A stretch of DNA of 29,053 bases from assembly GCA_018400815.1 (NCBI GenBank), contig JAGYLS010000016.1, positions 1-29,053 of the forward strand, read 5' to 3'. The notes beneath the pieces were generated by a model. The model ran no database searches, was not told the DNA's origin, and saw nothing but the letters and a program-made list of their open reading frames with translations. Of this stretch, positions 1-6,485 are shown piece by piece (within the stretch, counting starts at the first letter, position 1; each line of letters begins with the position of its first letter). Both the position numbers and the translations under genes were made by a program. The stretch is from Candidatus Oleincola secundus. Its GTDB lineage: Bacteria; Atribacterota; Phoenicimicrobiia; Phoenicimicrobiales; Stramentimicrobiaceae.

Positions 1-120
1 TTTAGGATGACCTGGTAATGTAAGAAAAAAGTGAGAACCTTTTGTTCTTTTAACAATATAACCGAATTTACATAGCTTATTTATTAAATCTCTACCGGTT
101 ATACTGGGATAATTCGACAT
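1..120 (-). CDS. hicA: HicA-family mRNA interferase toxin, 3' end outside the window
   Basis: Not in the ORF track. Manual translation from ATG at 120: MSNYPSITGRDLINKLCKFGYIVKRTKGSHFFLTLPGHPK..., with the HicA R-x-KGSH catalytic His motif. Starts 8 bp after the hicB stop. Confidence 0.88.
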   Translation of the reverse strand, partial: MSNYPSITGRDLINKLCKFGYIVKRTKGSHFFLTLPGHPK

Positions 121-128
121 TTTTAATA

Positions 129-458
129 TTAATTACACAAAGCCACTTGCAAGGGCTCTTTTTTGATAAAGGGCTGGTTGCCAAGTGTCTTTTCAAATTT
201 ATAATTATTTACTACGGATTTTGGTCTGCTTTCATATATTTTAATTGATTTTTCTTTAAATATTTGGTCTCGAACCTTTAATTCATCTATACCTTCTAAA
301 TACAACAGAATTGCTTCTTTCAAATTTTCATTTGCCTCTTCCACAGTATCACCAAAAGAAGATACATCAAATTCCGGACAGGTTGCAATATATTGATTGT
401 TTTCTTTTTTTATAATATGCGTCACTACGATGTACAATTTTTTGCCATTTTTTTTCAT
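129..458 (-). CDS. hicB: HicB-family antitoxin
   Basis: YIATCPEFDVSSFGDTVEEANENLKEAILLYLE matches the HicB N-terminal pattern (GxTxEEA...EAI). SD AAGGAG upstream. Adjacent to hicA. Confidence 0.85.
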   Translation of the reverse strand: MKKNGKKLYIVVTHIIKKENNQYIATCPEFDVSSFGDTVEEANENLKEAILLYLEGIDELKVRDQIFKEKSIKIYESRPKSVVNNYKFEKTLGNQPFIKKEPLQVALCN

Positions 459-523
459 ATTTCTATTCTCCTTTAGCTTCTATATATTGACCAAAGCTAA
501 AGATAACCTCCTGAAGTAATTAA

Positions 524-552
524 ATAATAGAATATCCATATGGATTTGTCAA
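524..552 (-). promoter_or_regulatory. sigma70-type promoter of hicBA with a palindrome in the spacer
   Basis: Minus strand TTGACA (552-547), 17 nt, TATTAT (529-524). Perfect palindrome ATCCATATGGAT at 534-545. Confidence 0.65.
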
Positions 553-771
553 TTAGAGTTAAACCATTTAGAATATTAGATTGGAAAAGATTTTATCAAA
601 AGAAGTAAAAAAAGCCTTCAAGAATTTGGCCGGGATACCCAGACAAAATTATTGTCCTGGACAAACTCCTTCTTAAGCCACAAATGTTCCTCTGTCCATA
701 TGTTCTTATTCTGGCATAAAGAAAGTTATTTGACTATCCTGATTGATCAGATTATTCTATTATCAAGATAC

Positions 772-824
772 CTGGGGTATTATTTTTCAATTATAGACCC
801 CAGTAATGCTGACCCCAGTAATGC
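772..824. repeat. Tandem 14-bp direct repeat plus a short inverted copy (GACCCC-type)
   Basis: GACCCCAGTAATGC at 796-809 and 811-824. CTGGGGT at 772-778 is the reverse complement of ACCCCAG in the repeat. Confidence 0.7.
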
Positions 825-828
825 ATAG

Positions 829-1152
829 ACCGGAAATGGTATTTTTATTTTTACAACTCATGACCGTGAAAATAACGAGAACTTTAAAGAATTCTGGGAA
901 AAAGAAGAAAAGCTCTGGGAAGCGGGTAAACAAGATAAAAGAACTTATGAATATGGAGATAAGATTCTGCCATCAAATAATGATGATAGAGATTTATTTA
1001 TACATTTTCCGAGCCGAGAAGAGATAATAGTATGTTTAGAAGAAACAGGCTGGCAGTTAATAGAAAATTTTTATAGAGAAGATTTATTTAAAGAAAATAA
1101 AGAAGTTAAAGAATTTTCAACTGAGTGCCGATTCTGGATAGTAAAAAAGTAA
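829..1152 (+). pseudogene. 5'-truncated class I SAM-dependent methyltransferase (C-terminal half)
   Basis: Frame +1 is open 829-1149 with no start codon: TGNGIFIFTTHDRENNENFKEFWEKEE...LFIHFPSREEIIVCLEETGWQLIE...RFWIVKK*. This resembles the 'LKPGGxFIFT' strand and 'H.PS.EEI...LEE.GW.L' tail of class I MTases. Motif I (GxGxG) is absent. Confidence 0.6.
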
Positions 1153-1194
1153 AGCTGTGCTACAGTGCATAATGAGGAAGAGAAAAGGGTCAGC

Positions 1195-1695
1195 CTATGT
1201 AGAACTATTTTTAAGCAATATTTCCATGATTATACCAATAATAATAATAATCGTTAAAGTTAAGCCAAAACGCAGAGTAGTAAAAGCCCCTCCCAGAAAC
1301 TTTATTTCTACCAAAAGCTGTGGTATTTTAAGTGCTGCCCATGAGCCAAGGAAGATAACCATATTGGATATACTTGCACCCTTCTTCAGTAGTGATGCAG
1401 TCATAGGGAAGGCAACATACAAAGGTCCGGTTGGAAGTGTGCCCATTAAAAATGATAGAATAATTCCTCTTATTCCTGAACTTGTTCCCAACCATTTTTG
1501 AATCTTATCCTTTGGAATCCATACTTCTAATAAACCCATTAAAATAAAGACCGGAGGCATAATAAAGATCATTTCTTTGGCATAATCAATAGCGACTAAA
1601 AGAGAGTTTTCTGCTATATCTGGCAGCCAAAATACCAATACAATATAAATGAGACCTATAAGAACAGGTGCTTTAAATTTCTTAATAGCGTTCAT
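1195..1695 (-). CDS. Permease, DUF318/ArsP-like half-size subunit
   Basis: Hydrophobic 166 aa with LMGLLEVWIPKDKIQKWLG, GPLYVAFPMTASLLKKGAS and E..FLG..F...R. Start overlaps the upstream stop. Confidence 0.75.
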   Translation of the reverse strand: MNAIKKFKAPVLIGLIYIVLVFWLPDIAENSLLVAIDYAKEMIFIMPPVFILMGLLEVWIPKDKIQKWLGTSSGIRGIILSFLMGTLPTGPLYVAFPMTASLLKKGASISNMVIFLGSWAALKIPQLLVEIKFLGGAFTTLRFGLTLTIIIIIGIIMEILLKNSST

Positions 1696-2174
1696 TATAA
1701 GATTACCCCCATGGTAGCAGCAATTAGCAAAGCTCCCAGAAAACTCAGCCCGTTACGCAGCAGGGTAAACTTTTTTCCGAGAGATTTTATTTCCATAGGA
1801 GCAGTTACCATGCCGACCATTACCAGGGTAGTAATAAAAGCGGAAATAGTCATAATGGTTGCCCCCGAACGTAATAGTGATCCGGCCAGGGGGAAGGCAA
1901 CCAGTGAGGGAATTAATGTAATTGCTCCTAGGATTGCTGCCATCCCGGTTGCTAAAAATCCCGCTTCAGCCCCGATTAATCTTGATATAGTTTCAGGGGT
2001 TAAAATGCCTAAAATTAAGCCAACAATTCCCAGAATGGTCAATAAACTTGGCATCATTTTAATAAAGCCTTTTACTGCGATTTTAAAAGCTTTAAATGTT
2101 TTTTGTCTGCTCTTCCAGAGAGACAATACCAGACAAATTGCCAATATACTATAGATAGTAATAATAGTAGTCAT
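1695..2174 (-). CDS. Permease, DUF318/ArsP-like half-size subunit
   Basis: Hydrophobic 159 aa with TPETISRLIG, VAFPLAGSLLRSGA and MEIKSLGKKFTLLRN. Paralogous pattern to the adjacent permease. Confidence 0.75.
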   Translation of the reverse strand: MTTIITIYSILAICLVLSLWKSRQKTFKAFKIAVKGFIKMMPSLLTILGIVGLILGILTPETISRLIGAEAGFLATGMAAILGAITLIPSLVAFPLAGSLLRSGATIMTISAFITTLVMVGMVTAPMEIKSLGKKFTLLRNGLSFLGALLIAATMGVIL

Positions 2175-2254
2175 AGATTATTACCTTTCTTTTTCTCTTT
2201 TCTTTGATCTATACACCCATTAGTCTTGCACCGGAAATGCTTATCATAGAAAAT

Positions 2255-2890
2255 TTAATTTTTTTTCTTTCCATAGCTAATAGCATTTTCAGGGCATATT
2301 AGCTGACAGTTAAAACATTGATGGCACAATAAAGAATTTATATTAGCTTTTTTATTTTGTTTAGAAACAATTACAGCTTCTGAAGGGCAAACAGATTCAC
2401 ACATCTTACATCCGATACACTTATCATGGTTTACCTGTTCAGTAAATAGCGCAAACCTTCCTGTAAAACTTTGTAAAAGCCCAAAAGGGCAGATATTATT
2501 ATGAAATACTTCCGGCTTATATCTTAAAGTGACAATAACCGATAATATTAAAAGGATTAACAATATTGGTATTTCTATGCCAAATATTCTTTTTAATATT
2601 GTCATAGCTGAAATCATTACAATTAACATTATCCATGGTATAGATTTTGATTTCAGCCAACCTGGAGCTTCTTTTGCCTGCAAGTTAAGTTTTTTGGATA
2701 ACCATTCTGTTGGTATCATTACTGTATTCATGGGGCAAATCCAGCCACAGAATACTCTGCCCAATAATAATGCCAAAAGCAAAGTTACTCCAAATAATCC
2801 TAACCAAATTACCATTGCTCCTTTTGTTACTATCCAAATAAATATGCCTAGAAATATTATCCTTGTTAAATTAATGGAAACTTTTATCAT
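2255..2890 (-). CDS. Membrane-bound 4Fe-4S protein (NapH/MauN-like)
   Basis: TM helices, GRVFCGWICP, FHNNICP and two CxxCxxCxxxCP motifs (CIGCKMCESVCP, CHQCFNCQLICP). ATG at 2890 chosen over TTG 2911 because SD AGAAAGGA precedes it. Confidence 0.85.
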   Translation of the reverse strand: MIKVSINLTRIIFLGIFIWIVTKGAMVIWLGLFGVTLLLALLLGRVFCGWICPMNTVMIPTEWLSKKLNLQAKEAPGWLKSKSIPWIMLIVMISAMTILKRIFGIEIPILLILLILSVIVTLRYKPEVFHNNICPFGLLQSFTGRFALFTEQVNHDKCIGCKMCESVCPSEAVIVSKQNKKANINSLLCHQCFNCQLICPENAISYGKKKN

Positions 2891-3108
2891 TTGATTTTTT
2901 CCTTTCTGCAAGATTACTATTCAATGACTTGTAACTTTTAATTAATTTTCCTATAGCCTTTTTTAACTTTGAATAGCCTTGGCCAAAGAAAGGTTTTCTC
3001 GCATTAAATAATATTCTTTTCTAATAGTATTATGCTGATTTGCTAACATATAATCCCTAAAATATTAGTAAAATATAAAAACTTAAAAAGTTTTATTAGT
3101 TTCCTATA

Positions 3109-3138
3109 ATTTTAAACATATATTTAGCTATCTGTCAA
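3109..3138 (-). promoter_or_regulatory. Candidate sigma70 promoter for the Fe-S/permease operon
   Basis: Minus strand TTGACA (3138-3133), 18 nt, TAAAAT (3114-3109). The AT-rich context lowers specificity. Confidence 0.4.
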
Positions 3139-3303
3139 ATATTTCTTAAAAATAATTTCAAGTTAATGAAATTTATAAATATTTAGGTTAATCATAAAAA
3201 TTTAGATAATTAAAATCAATAAAAAAGGCTTTTTAGATTGTACTTATTCAATATGTGTATTCAGGGATATTAATTAGATGGATCCGATGAAAAATTTGTT
3301 TAT

Positions 3304-3332
3304 TTGACAGAGGTTAGGGAATTACCTAAAAT
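3304..3332 (+). promoter_or_regulatory. sigma70 promoter of the yicC-gmk-coaBC operon
   Basis: TTGACA (3304-3309), 17 nt, TAAAAT (3327-3332), 35 bp before the yicC start. Confidence 0.75.
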
Positions 3333-3367
3333 GATTGTAAAATATCAGAAATTGAAAGGAGAATTCT

Positions 3368-4243
3368 TTGGCAAAAAGCATGACCGGGTTTGGGATGGGA
3401 GAATCTAATGTTAATGGCATTGCTTCCAAGGTAGAGATAAAATCAGTCAATAATCGTTATTGTGATATTAAAGTGAGGATGCCTGTTCAATCATTGGATG
3501 TACTACAAAAGATTGAAAATATAATTCAACATAGAATTAACAGGGGCAGTATAAATGTATTGATAAAAGTGGATTCTTGTAATGACAATATCAGTAATAT
3601 CAAACTCAATGAAGAATTATTAAATTCATACATACAATCTCTAAATAGATTAATAGAGATTACTCAAATAGAAGAAAAAATAAACCTTGAATCCTTGCTT
3701 CGATACAAAGAAATATTTGAATTTGTCAAAGAGGATGAAAGTGAGGATTTATGGAAATCAATCAAGGTTTCCCTGGAAAATGCTTTGGATGGTTTGGTTA
3801 AGAGTAGAGAAGAAGAGGGCAACAAACTAATCGAAGATATTCTAAAGAGAGTTGATAAAATGAAGATAATTGTTGGACAAATTGAAGTGAATAAAGACCA
3901 ATGCTTGAAAGAATACCAGGAAAAGTTAAAACAAAAAATAGAACAAATCGGTCAAGATGTTTCCCTGGATCAAGGGAGGCTGGAAATGGAGATTTCCATT
4001 TTGGCCCAAAAAAGTGATGTTTCTGAAGAGATAACCAGGCTTAAGACTCATTTTAATCAACTTAAAAGAATCACTAAGAATGTAAGTCCCATTGGTCGAA
4101 AGATTGAATTTTATACCCAGGAGATTGGCAGGGAAATTAATACTATAGGCGCTAAGTCAAACCATGAAAGCATATCATCAAAAATTATCAGATTAAAAGA
4201 TGAATTAGAAAAAATAAAAGAACAATCAAGAAATATTGAATAA
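3368..4243 (+). CDS. yicC: YicC/YloC family endoribonuclease
   Basis: KSMTGFG, EIKSVNNRY, DVSEEITRL, GRKIEFYTQEIGREINTIGAK, EQSRNIE. TTG start with SD GAAAGGAG. Confidence 0.95.
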   Translation: MAKSMTGFGMGESNVNGIASKVEIKSVNNRYCDIKVRMPVQSLDVLQKIENIIQHRINRGSINVLIKVDSCNDNISNIKLNEELLNSYIQSLNRLIEITQIEEKINLESLLRYKEIFEFVKEDESEDLWKSIKVSLENALDGLVKSREEEGNKLIEDILKRVDKMKIIVGQIEVNKDQCLKEYQEKLKQKIEQIGQDVSLDQGRLEMEISILAQKSDVSEEITRLKTHFNQLKRITKNVSPIGRKIEFYTQEIGREINTIGAKSNHESISSKIIRLKDELEKIKEQSRNIE

Positions 4244-4258
4244 TTTAGGAGTTATTTT

Positions 4259-4522
4259 ATGAATTTATTTATGATGAATATAGGGTTCGGAAATTTTGTT
4301 AATTCGGATAGGGTAATAGCGATATTGGATCCCGATTCTGCTCCTATGAAAAGATTAAGAGAGGAAGCAAAACAAGCAAAGAAATTAGTGAATGCCACTT
4401 ATGGTAGAAGGACTCGTTCTGTTCTAATTACTGACAGTAATCAGATTATCCTATCTGCCCTACAACCGGAAACTATTATTAATCGAATGACAAGTTATCA
4501 GAAGAAAGAAAATAGTCAATAA
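4259..4522 (+). CDS. remA: RemA/DUF370 family regulator
   Basis: NIGFGNFV, PDSAPMKRL, ATYGRRTRSV, LSALQPETI. Canonical position between yloC and gmk. Confidence 0.92.
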   Translation: MNLFMMNIGFGNFVNSDRVIAILDPDSAPMKRLREEAKQAKKLVNATYGRRTRSVLITDSNQIILSALQPETIINRMTSYQKKENSQ

Positions 4523-4540
4523 GGTAATTGGATAAATAAA

Positions 4541-5140
4541 ATGCAAAAATATAAAGGACATTTATTTGTAATATCCGGACCTTCCGGTGTAGGGAAAGGA
4601 ACACTCAGGGAAAAATTATTTCAGTATATTCCTGATTTGTATTATTCTGTCTCAGTAACTACCAGGAAACCTAGAAAGAATGAAGAGGAAGGTAAGGATT
4701 ATTTTTTTGTAGACGAAGATAAGTTTAAAAAGTACATCAAAGAGGATAAATTTGCTGAATGGGCATTAGTTCATGGAGATTACAAAGGCACCCTTTTAAC
4801 TACAATTAACCAAAATCTTAAGCAAGGGAAAGACCTTGTTTTGGAGATTGACGTACAGGGAGCTATCCAACTCAAAAATAAATTTCCAGAGGGAATATTT
4901 ATTTTTATTGCTCCTCCGTCCTGGGAGAAATTAGAGGATAGATTAAGGGGCAGAAAGACCGAGGGAGAAGATGATCTCAAGAAAAGACTAAAAAATGCCC
5001 ATTATGAGTTGAAGCAAATCAAATACTATGATTACCTGATAATTAATAATCATTTCGAAAAAGCTCTGGAGGAATTAAGGGCTATCATTATTAGTGAAAG
5101 ATGTAGAATAAAAGAACAGTTACCTAATGTCAGCCTATGA
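4541..5140 (+). CDS. gmk: Guanylate kinase
   Basis: P-loop GPSGVGKGT, SVSVTTRKPR..E.EGKDYFF, LEIDVQGA. Confidence 0.97.
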   Translation: MQKYKGHLFVISGPSGVGKGTLREKLFQYIPDLYYSVSVTTRKPRKNEEEGKDYFFVDEDKFKKYIKEDKFAEWALVHGDYKGTLLTTINQNLKQGKDLVLEIDVQGAIQLKNKFPEGIFIFIAPPSWEKLEDRLRGRKTEGEDDLKKRLKNAHYELKQIKYYDYLIINNHFEKALEELRAIIISERCRIKEQLPNVSL

Positions 5141-5253
5141 CCCTTCTTAGTTATATCTGCTATAATGGTATTGCCTTATCAGACTATGCTAGGAAAAGTA
5201 ACATATTTTTTAAATTAAACATTAAAAATGAAAGTGTTTGGGTTAGTTTATGA
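5137..5253 (+). CDS. Putative 38-aa bridging mini-ORF in the usual rpoZ position
   Basis: MTLLSYICYNGIALSDYARKSNIFFKLNIKNESVWVSL*. ATGA overlap with the gmk stop (5137-5140) and with the coaBC start (5250-5253). No recognisable family. Confidence 0.3.
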   Translation: MTLLSYICYNGIALSDYARKSNIFFKLNIKNESVWVSL

Positions 5254-6485
5254 AAGAAAAGAAGAATAAAGAAATAAAAATACTTCTTGGTGTAACCGGA
5301 GGAATAGCTGCTTACAAAAGTGCTGAATTAATAAGGTTATTTAAAAAAGAAGGCTTTAAAGTTAAGGTAATGATGACTAAAAATGCTACACGTTTTATCA
5401 CACCACTTACCTTAGCTGTACTCTCTGAGGATAAGGTTTTTACCAGTCTTTTTTCTCAGGATGAAGAATATGAGGAAATCAGGCATATTTCTCTGGCTCA
5501 TTGGGCTGATTTAATAATAATTGCACCGGCCACGGCAAATCTGATTGCTAAAATAGCCCATGGTTTGGCAGATGATTTATTGACCTCTACTGTGTTGGCT
5601 TTTACGGGAAACATTATATTTGCTCCAGCTATGAATAGTGCAATGATTAACAATTCCATTTATAAGGATAATGTAAAATATTTGCTGGAAAAGGGATATC
5701 ATTTTATTGATACCGAAAAAGGTAATCTGGCATGTGGTGATTATGGAGACGGACGTATGGCAGATCCTGTTAATATCCTTAATTCGGTAAAAGAACGAAT
5801 TAAGAAAAACTTTTCATTAAAAGGAAAAAAAGTGCTAATTACGGCTTCTGCAACAAGAGAACCTATTGATGAGATAAGATTCATATCTAATCGCTCAACA
5901 GGTAAAATGGGTTTTTCTTTAGCTGAAGCAGCACGTGATAGAGGGGCAATGGTGACCTTGATTACCGGTTCAACTTGTTTGCATGATCCTTGGGGAATTA
6001 AAACCATACATGTTAATACTGCCCGGGAAATGAGAGAACAGGTAATGACTTATTTTAATGATACAGATGTTTTTATATCTTCAGCCGCAGTATCTGATTT
6101 TAAACCTGCTCATCAGTTTGCAGGAAAAATTAAGAAAAAAGAACAACATTCTTTGAACCTGGAGTTAGAAAGAAATATTGATATTTTAAAGGAAACCGGA
6201 GAGAAAAAGACTAAACAAATATTAATTGGCTTTGCTGCTGAAGTTAAAAATTTAAAGGAAAATGCTTTAGATAAATTAAAATCGAAGAATTTAGATTACA
6301 TTGTTGCTAATGATGTCAGCAGAGAAGATAGTGGTTTTGCATCTGACACCAATAAAGTATTAGTTATAGATCGCAAAGGAAGGGAAACAGATTTGCCACT
6401 GATGTCTAAATATGAGTTAGCGGGTTATATACTTGATAATGTGCAACATAATTTTGAAAATCATGGTAATGGTATAGTGCTATAA
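5250..6485 (+). CDS. coaBC: Bifunctional phosphopantothenoylcysteine decarboxylase/synthetase
   Basis: GVTGGIAAYK, APATANLIAK, PAMN, LACGDYGDGR, TREPID..RFISNRSTGKMG, AAVSDF, GFAAE. Confidence 0.97.
   Translation: MKEKKNKEIKILLGVTGGIAAYKSAELIRLFKKEGFKVKVMMTKNATRFITPLTLAVLSEDKVFTSLFSQDEEYEEIRHISLAHWADLIIIAPATANLIAKIAHGLADDLLTSTVLAFTGNIIFAPAMNSAMINNSIYKDNVKYLLEKGYHFIDTEKGNLACGDYGDGRMADPVNILNSVKERIKKNFSLKGKKVLITASATREPIDEIRFISNRSTGKMGFSLAEAARDRGAMVTLITGSTCLHDPWGIKTIHVNTAREMREQVMTYFNDTDVFISSAAVSDFKPAHQFAGKIKKKEQHSLNLELERNIDILKETGEKKTKQILIGFAAEVKNLKENALDKLKSKNLDYIVANDVSREDSGFASDTNKVLVIDRKGRETDLPLMSKYELAGYILDNVQHNFENHGNGIVL

Noticed and set aside
582..665. Faint RelE/ParE-like N-terminus (LSKEVKKAFKNL / RDTQTKLLSW across two frames)
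   Set aside because: It needs frameshifts, has no start codon and no C-terminal R.GDYR motif. Too weak without a BLASTX search.
796..824. Direct repeat as a possible CRISPR remnant
   Set aside because: Only two adjacent 14-bp units, with no spacer and no cas genes.
806..1027. 73-aa ORF in the track
   Set aside because: It is an off-frame shadow of the methyltransferase remnant, which gives the more protein-like translation.
580..1152. Frame +1 is open from 580 to 1152 except for one TAG (826-828), suggesting amber or pyrrolysine readthrough
   Set aside because: The upstream part has no MTase motif I and no convincing start, and the TAG sits at the tandem-repeat junction. A rearrangement scar is the simpler explanation.
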